Made by a program: the position numbers and the translations under genes
Origin: Octopus vulgaris
Taxonomy: Eukaryota
DNA length: 64,000 bases
Direction of reading: 5' to 3'
Assembly: GCA_951406725.2 (NCBI GenBank)
Contig: OX597816.1
Span: 172,174,001 to 172,238,000 of the forward strand
In this document: piece by piece, positions 48,615 through 60,966 of the stretch
Position numbering within the stretch: the stretch's first letter is position 1
Layout: every line of letters begins with the position of its first letter
The notes under the pieces: generated by a model
Database searches by the model: none
What the model was told of the DNA's origin: nothing
The model's input: only the letters and a program-made list of their open reading frames with translations

Positions 48615-50630
48615 GGCGCAGGAGTGGCTGTGTGGTAAGTAGCTTGCTAACCAACCACATGGTTCCGGGTTCAGTCCCACTGCGTGGCACCTTGGGCAAG
48701 TGTCTTCTGCTATAGCCCCGGGCCAACCAATGCCTTGTGAGTGGATTTGGTAGACGGAAACTGAAAGAAGTCTGTCGTATATCATCATCATCATCATCAT
48801 CATCATCATCGTTTAGCGTCCGTTTTCCATGCTAGCATGGGTTGGACGGTTCTACTGGGGTCTGTGAAGCCAGAAGGCTTCATCAGGCCCAGTCAAATCT
48901 GGCAGTGTTTCTACGGCTGGATGCCCTTCCTAACGCCAACCACTCCGTGAGTGTAGTGGGTGCTTTTTACGTGCCACCCGCACTGGTGCCAGACAGAGCT
49001 GGCAAACGGCCACGAACGGATGGTGCTTTTATGTGCCACCGGCACGGGGGCCAGGCGAGGCTGGCAACGGACACGAAACGGGGCGGTGCTGGCAACGGTC
49101 GCGAAACGGAAAGTTCTCTTACATGCCACCGGCACTGGTAACACATCTGCAATTTCCATTGATCGATTTCCATTGATCGATTTCGATTCTGATCGTCACT
49201 TGCCTCAACGGGTCTTCACAAGCAGAGTTTTGACATGCCACCGGCACTGGTAGCACATCCGCAATTTCCATTGATCGATTTCGATTCTGATCCTCACTTG
49301 CCTCATCACGTCTTCACAAGTAGAGTTTTGTGTCCCAAGAAGGGAAGGTATGCATACGTAGGCTGGCTCCATCCCATGTAGAAGGCCACGGGTTATGGAC
49401 TCACTTGTCCTGCCGGGTCTTCTCGCGCACAGCACACTTCCAGAGATCTCGGTCTCTAGTCATTTCCTCAGCGAGACCTAAAGTTCGAAGGTCGTGCTTC
49501 ACCACCTCGTCCCAGGTTTTCCTGGGTCTGCCTCTTCAACAGGTTCCCTCAACCGCTAGGGTGTGGCACTTTTGCACACAACTATCTTCATCCATTCTCG
49601 CCACATGACCATACCAGCGCAAACGTCTCTCTTGCACACCACAACTGATGCTTCTTAGGTCCAGCTTTTCTCTCAAGGTACTTACACTCTGCCGAGTGTG
49701 AGTACCGGCATTACACATCCATCGGAGCATACTGGCTTCATTTCTAGCGAGCTTACGCATATCCTCAGCAGTCACGGCCCATGTTTCACTGCCATGTAGC
49801 ATGGCTGTTCGTACACACGCATCATACAGTCTGCCTTTCACTCTGTGCGAGAGGCCTTTTGTCACCAGCAGAGGTAAGAGCTCTCTGAACTTTGCCCAAG
49901 CTATTCTTACTCTAGCAGTTACACTTTCAGCACACCCGCCCCCGCTGCTGACTTGGTCACCTAGGTAACGGAAACTATCAACTATTTCTAGTTTTTCTCC
50001 CTGGAAAGTGACGGAAGTTGGTACAGCGCATTTTCAGTGTTTATTGTTCCTGAGCATCTGCCACATACAAAAACCATCTTCCTAGTTAGCCTTCCTTTGA
50101 CATTGCTGCATCTCTTATGTGTCCATAGCTTACACTTGGTGCATCTTATAGAGTTTCTACCTACACCTTTTCTACAGATCGAGCAGGGCCATCTACCTGA
50201 AGGTGTTTGTGATTTGTCTACCTTCCTACTGATTACGACTTTGGTTTTAGCTAGATTGACTCTGAGGCCCTTCGATTCTAATCCTTGTTTCCACACCTGA
50301 AACTTCTCCTCCAGTTCAGATAGCGACTCAGCAATTAGAGCAAGGTCATCAGCATAGAGGAGCTCCCAAGGGCATCCTGTCTTGAATTCCTATGTGTATA
50401 TATATATATGTAATGTGTGTGTGTGTTTGTGAGTCTGTGTTTGTCCCCCTAGCATTGCTTGACAACCGATGCTGGTGTGTTTACGTCCCCGTCACTTAGC
50501 GGTTCGGCAAAAGAGACCGATAGAATAAGTACTGGGCTTACAAAGAATAAGTCCCGGGGTTGATTTGCTCGACTAAAGGCGGTGCTCCAGCATGGCCGCA
50601 GTCAAATGAATGAAACAAGTAAAAGAGTAA
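48615..50630 (+). mobile_element. SINE family A split by RTE insertion (halves 48615-48781 and 50391-50630)
   Basis: 5' and 3' halves are collinear across the LINE. Confidence 0.85.
48782..50390 (-). mobile_element. RTE-clade LINE, 5'-truncated, inserted inside a SINE
   Basis: ELLYADDLAL, MLHGSETW, RLRWYGHVAR, GRGRPRKTW motifs; 3' UTR with 62-bp repeats and (GAT)n tail. Confidence 0.9.
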
Positions 50631-50654
50631 ATACTAATGTCATTTTTATGCAAT

Positions 50655-51065
50655 ACTCTTTACTCTTTTACTCTTTTACTTGTTTCAGTCATTTGACTGT
50701 GGCCATGCTGGAGCACTACCTTTAGATGAGAAAATCGACCCCAGGACTTATTCTTTGTAAGCCTAGTACTTATTCTATTGGTTTCTTTTGCCGAACCGCT
50801 AAGTTACGGGGACGTAAACACACCAGCATCGGTTGTCAAGCGATGTTGGGGGGATAAACAAAGACAAACAAACACACACACATATATATACGTATACATA
50901 TATACGACAGGCTTCTTTCAGTTTCCCTCAACCAAATCCACTCACAAGGCTTTGGTCAGCCCAAGGCTATAGTAGAAGACACTTGCCCAAGGTGCCACAC
51001 AGTGGGACTGAACCCGGAACCATGTGGTTGGTAAGCAAGCTACTTACCACACAGCCACTCCTGCG
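50655..51065 (-). mobile_element. SINE family A
   Basis: Full-length copy, tail-to-tail with the previous copy. Confidence 0.88.
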
Positions 51066-51286
51066 AATGATAATTCTATGAATGATAATTCTTATAAATT
51101 TACAAATAATTGATCAAAAATAATTTAGTAATAATTTGTTTGATTCACATAGGTGTGTCATAATGCAAATTATCTTTGCTTATAACTATTTCAGTTTTGT
51201 ACTTTTGCTGTTATATAGATTCAACTTCATCAGCTTTTTTTTTTTATTATCATGGTAATTTGCATGCAGTGTGAAATATGTTTCTT

Positions 51287-51889
51287 GTGGCATGTAAAAA
51301 GCACCATCCGATCGTGGCCGTTGCCAGCCCTGCCTGGCCCCCGTGCTGGTGGCACGTAAAAAGCACCATCCATCCGTGGCCGTTTGCCAGCCTTGCCTGG
51401 CCCCCGTGCCGGTGGCACGTAAAAAGCACCATCCATCCGTGGCCGTTTGCCAGCCTCGCCTGGCCCCCGTGCCGGTGGCACATAAAAAGCACCATCCGAT
51501 CGTGGCCGTTGCCAGCCTTGCCTGGCCCCCGTGCCGGTAGCACGTAAAAAGCACCATCCGATCGTGGCCGTTGCCAGCCTTGCCTGGCCCCCGTGCCGGT
51601 GGCACGTAAAAAGCACCATCCGATCGTGGCCGTTTGCCAGCCTCGCCTGGCCTCCGTGCTGGTGGCACATAAAAAGCACCGTCCGTCCGTAGCCGTTTGC
51701 CAGCTCCGTCTGGCACCTGTGTGGGTGGCACGTAAAAAGCACCCACTACACTCACGGAGTGGTTGGCGTTAGGAAGGGCATCCAGCCATAGAAACACTGC
51801 CAGATCAGACTGGGCCTGATGCAGCCTTCTGGCTTCACAGACCCCAGTTGAACCCTCCAACCCATGCTAGCATGGAAAGCAGACGCTGA

Positions 51890-51922
<33 letters not shown>

Positions 51923-51923
51923 G
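51287..51923 (+). mobile_element. RTE 3'-UTR insertion with 7 tandem 62-63-bp units and 25-bp TSD
   Basis: TSD TGGTAATTTGCATGCAGTGTGAAAT at 51253-51277 and 51924-51948; (GAT)n tail. Confidence 0.88.
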
Positions 51924-52949
51924 TGGTAATTTGCATGCAGTGTGAAATGTTTTTTTTTATATATTTTGGTATGAAGAGCATTACAATGAATTTATTTATT
52001 CAAAGTTAAAGATCATATTTTGTACATTTTCAAATTTTTATATTAAGAACTCGGTTTGATAATTATCACGACATCGTAATTCACACATGAATCTCTTTTC
52101 GTTTTAAGATTCCACAGAATGGACAACATATGGTGATTCCAATATTTTTGAGCAACAGTACTAGTCCCATACTATTTAAGGTTTATTATGACAGTCTGTG
52201 ACCCTTTTGAACATGCGCATTTTTCACTTCTAGTCATCATCATCATCATCATCATCGTTTAATGTCCGCTTTCCATGCCAGCATGGGTTGGACAGTTCAA
52301 CTGGGGTCTGGGAAACCAAGAGGCTGCACCAGGCCCAGTCTGATCTGGCAGTGTTTCTACGGCTGGATGCCCTTCCTAACGCCAACCACTCCGCGAGTGT
52401 AGTGGGTGCTTTTTACGTGCCACCGGCACAGGTGCCAGGGGAGGCTGGCAGCGGCCACGATCGGATGGTGCTTTTTACGTGCCACCAGCACGGAGGTCAG
52501 TCGGGGTGGCACTGGCAACGGCCACGTTCGGATGGTTCTCTTACGTGCCACCGGCACTGGTCTCACAACTACAGTTTCCATTGATTTTGATCGATTTCGA
52601 TTTCTAGTATAAATATATATCTATGTGTGTATTTCTTTATGTTTGTGTTTGTCCCCCTTCACTGCTTGACAACTGGTGTTAGTTTGTTTGCATCTCTGTA
52701 ACTTAGTGATTTGGCATAAGAGACCGATAGAATAAGTACCAGGTTTAAAATCATTAGTTCTTAGGTTGATTCACTTAACTAAAAATCTTTCAAGGAGCTT
52801 CCTTGGCAGAGCTACAGTTCAATGGCTGAAACAAGTAAAAAGATATGATGATCTGAAGTCTATTTTATTATAGTTAGGTCAACTCAGGGAAACAAAATCA
52901 ATTACACAACTCAAACATACAAAACATCTGAAATAGCTTTGAACTGAAG

Positions 52950-53334
52950 GCTGAGTCAACAACCATATATACTGAGCTGAGAGTCAACTGCCATATATTA
53001 ATCGGAGAGTCAACTGCCATATACTAATCTGAGAGTCAACTATCATATACTGAGCTGAGAGTCAACTACTATATACTAATCTGAGAGTCAACTATCATAT
53101 ACTAATCTGAGAATCAACTATCATATACTGAACTGAGAGTCAACTATTATATACTGAGCTGAGAGTCAACTACCATATACTGAGCTGAGAGGCAACTACC
53201 ATATACTAATCTGAGAGTCAACTATCATATACTGAGCTGAGAGGCAACTACCATATACTGAGCTGAAAGTCAACAACTACATACTGAGCTGAGAGTCAAT
53301 TGCCATATACTGAGCTAAGAGTGACTACCATATA
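52950..53334. repeat. 26-bp minisatellite, about 15 copies
   Basis: Unit CATATACT(GAG/AAT)CTGAGAGTCAACTAC. Confidence 0.9.
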
Positions 53335-54842
53335 CATTTGGCTGTTTTACTTAGTAAGTTTACAATGATAAAAACAGTTTTTTTTTAATATTTTTTAAAT
53401 CTTTGTTGGTTGTTGGAGAAAAGCAGTGTCTGACCTTTGTATCTGCACCCCCAAAAATGGTAAGACTGAGACAGCTGATGCCCAACCTAAAAGTATCTAA
53501 AAGTAAAGGTCTACATGAAAAGTATAAACTGACAAGGAATTGGGGGTCTAGTCCAAAAGTGGGAACTCAGCTAAAGACATTCCAGTACCATGTCATAATA
53601 TAGTTGTTTAACCACAGGTCAGCCCTAATTGAGTTTACTAAAATCAAATGCATTTTAGTCATTATATTTTTCCATGTACAGACTATCTTATGCATTTTTC
53701 ATATTTTCTTCTCAAATTGTAAGGTGTGTGATTTGACAGTCATTTGGCTGTTATTTCATGGAAAGTGAGCAACCATTGTGAGCTTCCTTGTTAATTCAAG
53801 GTGGTTGTGATAAATCAGGTCTTGTGTAAGGCCTACCTCCATTCACCCTATGCAAAATAAAATGAAAAAATTAAATCAAAGTTGTAGTATGTTATGTTGG
53901 CACCAGCACTACAGTTGTGGTCCAACTGGAAAGAGAAGGGAATTTGAACAGTGATACTTGAAAACTGGAACATGCAAAATAAATGGTTTAGATGAAAGAA
54001 CAAATGGTAAGCTGTACACAAAGAAAAGACAAGGATTGGTGCCTGCAAGAAAATACATGAATTTGCCGCTATAATTGACTGACTAATTAAAAGTAAGTTT
54101 ACAAGAAGGAAGAAAGTCTTGTGGTTAATAAATGCAGCTGAAAAGTAATTACATGTTAGATAGGAGGCCAATTAAAATTATGATCACAGACATTATATGT
54201 AGGCCAACAGTTATTTCAAAAATACTAATGTCCTGAAGTAAATAGTAATTTACTTTCAGATTATTTAGGAAACAGTAGAATCCTCAACGACCATAGAACT
54301 CCTAAATTTGGCTGAGAAATCATGAATACAAAGAAAGCAAGCTATCTTCACATTAAAATACATTCACTATCTTAAGAATATATTTTAAGTCCTACTATTG
54401 TTATATATTACCCTAACTGGAAATGGACACTAACTTCCCTCCCATTTAACCCTTTTTATACCAACCTCCCTGGTGCTATGATACAAATTTCCTGTCTTAA
54501 AGTGACCTAATTAGATTCCCCTATTTGGTACACAGAAGAGATGAACATTTTATTGAGAGGTAGTTCTCAAGAAGAAAAAAAAGAGAGAAGATAGAATGTT
54601 AGTTGCAAGGCTTGGGGGCTGAGAGAAAGAACATTAGATGAAGAGACAAGGAGTTGGGTGTGTTGTGCCTTTATAACTTACGATAAGAAATGGTTTACAA
54701 ACTCAAAAGAAAATACCTGTTTGGAGTAGTAGAAACACTGCAATACACATATTTCTGAGGGATAGAGAAAAGGGAGAAAGAGGAGTGGAAAGACTGACAG
54801 ACAGAGAAAGTGAGGGAGAATAATTAAGCAACTGGACATGTA

Positions 54843-56119
54843 TTGGGTCATCCCATAAATACTGTGGATTTTTGTATTTCTTTTATTTTTCAAAATTAAA
54901 ATAAACAAAGTTCTTTTCTAATCTAAAATATACTCTCTTTCATTTTCTACAATGCTCTTCCATCTATCTGGTAGACTTCCAAGGCCTCACTTCCAAAACT
55001 GACTTGTCCATGACGAAAAATACTCCTCCAGTACTGTTCTGACCTCATCTACAGAATTCATATTTTTTCCGTCCAAATGATTTTGAAAACTGTAAAATAA
55101 GCAATAATCAGATGGAGCAATGTCGGTGAATATGGAGGGTGGGGCATTGTTTCCCATTCAAACTGCTCCAGCCTTTTGAATGTCATCCTCACTGTATGTA
55201 GCTGAGCATCACCCTGATGGAAGATCACCTTTCATCTTGAAACCAAAGATGGTCGTTTTTCTTCTAGCGCTGACTTAAGCCACTCAAGCTGCTTGTAGTA
55301 GATTTCCCTTGTTATTGTTTGGTTTGGATTTAAAAGTTCAAAGTGAACTAAACCTTTCATATACCACCAAACAGGTAACAACACCCTACATGGATGAAGA
55401 CCTTCTTTAGCTTGGGGTGCTGATGTTTCTCCTTTCCCTACCCAATATCTTTGGCACTTTTCATTTTTACAGAGAACCCATTTCTTGTCACCAGTCACTA
55501 TTCAGTCCAAAAAAGGTTCATTCATGAGACGTGACAGCAAAGAAGAGCACACATTCACTCTCTGCACGTAATTAGACTCAGAAAGTTTGTGAGGAACCCA
55601 TTGACCCAATTTGCTGACTTTTCTGATGGCATGCAAGTGTCAATGAATGGTTGAATGACCAAATCCAAGCTTTTCTGCTAGTTCCTCAACAGTTATGATG
55701 GGATTTTCTTCCATCAGGGTTTGCAGGGCCTCCTTGTCAAGCACTACAGATTTTCCAGGACAAGGTTCATCTTCTAGGCTGTAGTTTCCAGCTTGGAATT
55801 TCTGGAACCACCATTGACACTGGCTTATACTTATTGTCTGATTCTCATATACTGCATTAATATTTCCGTTGCATTGTTGTCTTTTTTGAACTCATAAAGC
55901 AAAATATACTGAATATGCTCCTTTGTCACTTCCATTATAGCTTTGAAAAAATAACTGTTAAAATCGAAATGCACTTTTCAAGACTTACACTAAGATTAAG
56001 AACAAGGTAAAATTACTTCCAGCTTTTATAGCAAGTTGATGCTGGAAGTTTATCCTGTCCTCCTCTGACTTTTAGTTCATGCAATTGAAAAAAAACGCAT
56101 TATTTATGGTATGACCCAA
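54843..56119 (-). mobile_element. Mariner transposon, degenerate
   Basis: TIR TTGGGTCATCCCATAAATA (1 mismatch) with TA flanks, 1.28 kb; ORF 55232-55498 TGDKKWV...VWW...VHFELL. Confidence 0.9.
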
Positions 56120-56174
56120 TATTTAGTTTTTTTATATAAATCATGTTATGCATGAGTATACATATAAATGTATT

Positions 56175-56547
56175 ACTCTTTACTCTTTTACTTGTTTCAG
56201 TCATTTGACTGTGGCCATGCTGGAGCACAGCCTTTAGTCAAGCAAATCGACCCAAGGACTTATTCTATCAGTCTCTTTTGCCGAACCACTAAGTTACGGG
56301 AACGTAAACACACCAGCATCAGTTGTCAAGCAATGTTGGGGGGACAAACATAGACACACATACATACATACATATATATATATACGATGGGCTTCTTTCA
56401 GTTTCCGTCTACTAAATCCACTCACAATGCTTTGGTCGGCCCGAGGCTATAGTAGAAGACACTTGCCTAAGGTGCCACGCAGTGGGACTGAACTCGGAAC
56501 CATGTGGTTGGTAAGCAAGCTACTTACCATACAGCCACTCCTACGCC
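56175..56547 (-). mobile_element. SINE family A
   Basis: Near full-length copy. Confidence 0.85.
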
Positions 56548-57144
56548 TATTCATTTCTCATATTATCACAAAGACATATATGAAAGAAGAGTATAGTCAA
56601 CTGAATTGACCAAAAAAAAAAGAAATTTGATATGCATTTTATCAACTATGAGGGATTGAAAAGTTAAACTGAACCTAGTAGAATTCTCAGTCAAAATGTT
56701 AGGACAGAAATAAATTTTGTAAGATATTTTAGTTTGATACATAACTATTTTCTCCACTCCATAATTTAATCAATAATAATCAAAAATTTGCTTTTGTAAT
56801 TGTGAGAAAGAACAATATATCCACACTATTTTAAGCCTCCCTAAACAGGGAATCTTTCCAGCAATGATCAGTTATCTCAATCAATCTGCAACAGGAATAT
56901 TCAGCAGTCAGATCATTACACCAGATGTTGCAATTCACTAGAATTGATCAACAAAATCTAACCAATCATGACTTTGTGTTGAATAGGCTCCAGTAACAAT
57001 TACATCTTTTTGCATGCTTCCTTCTGAGCCAAAACATCAGTAAAAATTCAGCACACCTTGACTAGTTGACAGAGAGCTTTGGGAGACAGCAGAGACAGCA
57101 GAGATGAGACAGCATGCAGACAAGGGCAGTTGCTGACAACAGGA

Positions 57145-57526
57145 GGAAGCACTCTGTCAGTTACAACGATGAGGGTTCCGGTTGATCCGAATCAACGGAA
57201 CAGCCTGCTCGTGAAATTAACATGTAAGTGGCTGAGCACTCCACAGACACGTGTACCCTTAACGTAGTTCTCGGGGATATTCAGCGTGACACAGAGAGTG
57301 ACAAGGCCGGCCCTTTGAAATACAGGTACAACAGAAACAGGAAGTAAGAGTGAGAGAAAGTTGTGGTGAAAGAGTACAGCAGGGATCACCACCACCCCCT
57401 GCCGGAGCCTCGTGGAGCTTTAGGTGTTTTCGCTCAATAAACACTCACAACGCCCAGTCTGGGAATCGAAACCACGATCCTATGACCGCAAGTCCGCTGC
57501 TCTAACCACTGGGCCATTGCGCCTCC
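57145..57526 (-). mobile_element. SINE family B1
   Basis: TSD TGCTGACAACA. Confidence 0.88.
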
Positions 57527-57690
57527 ACTGCTGACAACAACCACAATGAACAATTGGTGACAGCAACACAACGACCAGCATCTAACTTTTTTACTACTAC
57601 TACAATTACACCAAGAACAATAATATTCAAACTCACTCAACATTTTGTCATTTGTAGTAACAATAGCATTTGTTTCATTGTGTAAGAAAA

Positions 57691-58068
57691 GAATAAAAGT
57701 TCTGTTTGTCAAACATCACAAACCTTCTCCAATGGTTTTATCATACAAAACAACCGTATGATCTAAATTTAGAATAAGGACTATTTTGTTGTGTCTGGGG
57801 AGAATCATTCTCTTTTAGTGCCTTATTATTTAACACACTCACCAGTAAAATTTCCACTTATTTCTTATTTTTATTTTCTAAAATTTTTGTTGCGTCTTGC
57901 AACCTTTTCAAGACTATTGAGTGTGTTAAATAATAAGGCACTAAAAGAGAATGACTCTCCCCAGACACAACAAAATAGTCCTTATTCTAAATTTAGATCA
58001 TACGGTTGTTCTGTATGATAAAACCATTGGAGAAGGTTTGTGATGTTTGACAAACAGAACTTTTATTC
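57691..58068. repeat. 151-bp near-perfect inverted repeat, 76-bp spacer (Penelope pLTR-like)
   Basis: Arms 57691-57841 and 57918-58068 with 2 mismatches. Confidence 0.92.
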
Positions 58069-59152
58069 ACAACAGAATATGCTTCAACACACGAACTCAC
58101 ATAAAGAGTCTTGCAAACCAAATCCAAAAACGAAATAAGGACTATTTTCATTTTCATTTATCTATGCTTAAAATTTCAGATAATTCTCTCAGTTAAACTG
58201 TCCACATATTAAGGTTATTAGGCTTTAGGACACAAAGCTGATGAGGAAGCTTCTATATGTCACTTGACCTGCTAGAAATAGCAGTCAAGTCTTGTTCATA
58301 TTACACCCTACAATTTTATATAAAGACAGTAGACATTAAGTAATGTAATTTTACACACCTCCAAAAAGATGAGCTGGAATGCCTTAGATCATAGTTGGAC
58401 TGGGGCTAACTAGCAATAAGAACAACCAGCCTCTCTAAAGAATATCAAACTAAACACATTCGTTGTAGTCACACATCCTTCATCATCATCATCATCGTTT
58501 AACGTCCGCTTTCCATGCTAGCATGGGTTGGACGGTTTGACTGGGGCTGGGAAGCCAGGAGGCTGTACCAGGCTCAGTCTGATCTGGCAGTGTTTCTACA
58601 GCTGGATGCCCTTCCTAATGCCAACCACTCCGTGAGTGTAGTGGGCGCTTTTTACACACCACCGGCACAGGTGCCAGGCGAGGCTGGCAACGGCCACAAT
58701 CGGTTGGTGCTTTTTACGTGCCACCGGCACCGAGGCCAGTCGAAGCAGTGCTGGCAATGACCAATAATAATAATAATAAAAAAAACCCCAGCAAAGTCTC
58801 CCTCTGCCAACACTGAGGATCATCAACAACACCCCAGACTTCATTGTACATCAGTTTCTTCTCACAATAATATTAGCATAATTTCTTACACAGAAGATAC
58901 ATCGCATACAGATTGATTTTACTACAGTTACAATCAAATGAATCTGTTTGAACAAAGTAAATGGATCGTTGCTGTATAAATATACCCTTATCATTCCATC
59001 CACTGATTGATTAACCAAACTGTTGATACAATCTTTTATTGTTTATTTGTTTCAGGATTGTGGCCATGCAGGAGCATGGCTTGAAGAAATTTTAGTCAAA
59101 TGGATCAACTCCAGTACTTATTTTTTTTTTTTTATCTTAAATATTTTCATCT

Positions 59153-59556
59153 CGCAGGAGTGGCTGTGTGGTAAGTAGCTTGCTAAACAACCACATGGTC
59201 CCAGGTTCAGTCCCACTGCGTGGCATCTTGGGCAAGTGTCTTCTGCTATAGCCCCGGGCCGACCAATGCCTTGTGAGTGGATTTGGTAGATGGAAACTGA
59301 AAGAAGCCTGTCGTATATATGTATATATATGTATGTGTGTATGTGTTTGTGTGTCTGTGTTTGTCCCCCTAGCATTGCTTGACAACCGATGCTGGTGTGT
59401 TTACGTCCCCGTCACTTAGCGGTTCGGCAAAAGAGACCGATAGAATAAGTACTGGGCTTCCAAAGAATAAGTCCCGGGGTCGATTTGCTCGACTAAAGGC
59501 GGTGCTCCAGCATGGCCGCAGTCAAATGACCGAAACAAGTAAAAGAGTAAAAGAGT
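59153..59556 (+). mobile_element. SINE family A
   Basis: Full-length copy. Confidence 0.88.
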
Positions 59557-60305
59557 ATAAACACATAACAAGGAATTTCCCAACTTTAAATATGTGTCAG
59601 CTTTATGTAAGAAATTTAACAATCTATCTTGTCACCTTAAGAAACATGTAAGCCTTCTACCTGCACATTGTATCTTTGTTAGAAAAAAATCTCAAGTTTA
59701 CAAGATAGTAGTTTTGCTTCATTACACAAACAAAAATAAACACACAGAAATGCTGTATAAAACTCATAGTTGCTGAGCTTGTCCAACCACTCACTAAGAT
59801 TTAACATTTTATATTGCTTGTATTTAATAAAAAACAAGACTGAATCAACACTTTAGATTTGTCAAACATTACCAAGAAAATATAAGAGTGAAATATCCTC
59901 AAGAAATATATCATGTATTATGATGAATGCATCTGTTACAGTATCCTAATATTTGAATTGTCCAAGATGTAAAGAATAACATCATTCATATTTGCTGGCT
60001 GAAAGATTGAAGTATACAGTTTAACCCTGTAGCATTTAAAGCAGCAATATCCGGCCAAAAATATTCAACTTGCTCTATGTTCAAACTGGCAGATCTAGCC
60101 TCTCAACCTTTCATCTTACTGAAATCTCTAAGCCACAAGATAATTTATGATTAATTCAAAACAGTGTGAATAAATAAGCAACACATTTGATAAAGCAATT
60201 GAATACTAAGGGTTAGATACCCACAAGATTATCATAACTTTGCATATTCTCACAATCAATGTTTTGGATTACCTGGACACAAGTAACTCTAGCGTCCATC
60301 TAGGT

Positions 60306-60966
60306 CAGTGTTTCTCAACCATTTTTTACCTGTGGACTCCTTTGATTCCTATTTTACTCAGATGGACCCTAATAGCCACTCAATGTTTTAAAAATCCTGT
60401 TAAAAATCCTGTTATATTTTTATAATTAAATATCATTTAATTATAAGGAGTGGCTGTGTGGTAAGTAGCTTGCTAAACAACCACATAGTTCCGGCTTCAG
60501 TCCCACTGCGTGGCATCTTGGGCAAGTGTCTTCTGCTATAGCCCCGGGCCGACCAATGCCTTGTGAGTGGATTTGGTAGACGGAAACTGAAAGAAGCCTG
60601 TCGTATATATGTATATATATATATGTATGTGTGTGTGTTTGTGTGTCTGTGTTTGTCCCCCTAGCATTGCTTGACAACCGATGCTGGTGTGTTTACGTCC
60701 CTGTCACTTAGCGGTTCAGCAAAAGAGACTGATAGGATAAGTACTGGGCTTACAAAGAATAAGTCCCGGGGTCGATTTGCTCAACTAAAGGTGGTGCTCC
60801 AGCATGGCCGCAGTCAAATGACTGAAACAAGTAAAAGAGTAAAGAGTATTTGGAATTGTATGAAAGAAATTGTTAAAATATTCTGCGTAAAGTAAAAGTA
60901 TTACAAATTTATTACAGACAAATTTCAACAATAAAATCTTATATGAACCCCAGTTGAGAACCAGTG
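60306..60966. mobile_element. hAT (Charlie-like) MITE interrupted by a SINE
   Basis: CAGTGTTTCTCAAC ... GTTGAGAACCAGTG imperfect TIRs. Confidence 0.55.
60446..60847 (+). mobile_element. SINE family A (partial/older copies also at about 24948, 30700-31110, 45566, 47041, 52615, 61530-61706)
   Basis: Full-length copy. Confidence 0.88.

Larger units (their letters stand above)
48415..52235. mobile_element. Long-TIR MITE expanded by nested retroposon insertions
   Basis: About 115-125-bp diverged inverted arms at 48415-48530 and 52108-52235 (GACTAGAA.TGAAAAATGC...). Confidence 0.6.

Noticed and set aside
51287-51745. CRISPR-like array or repeat-protein ORFs (51186-51860 etc.)
   Set aside because: Tandem repeats of the RTE 3' UTR; the ORFs are by-products of GC-rich repeats
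52950-53334. CRISPR-like array
   Set aside because: Contiguous tandem units without unique spacers; eukaryotic context and no cas genes
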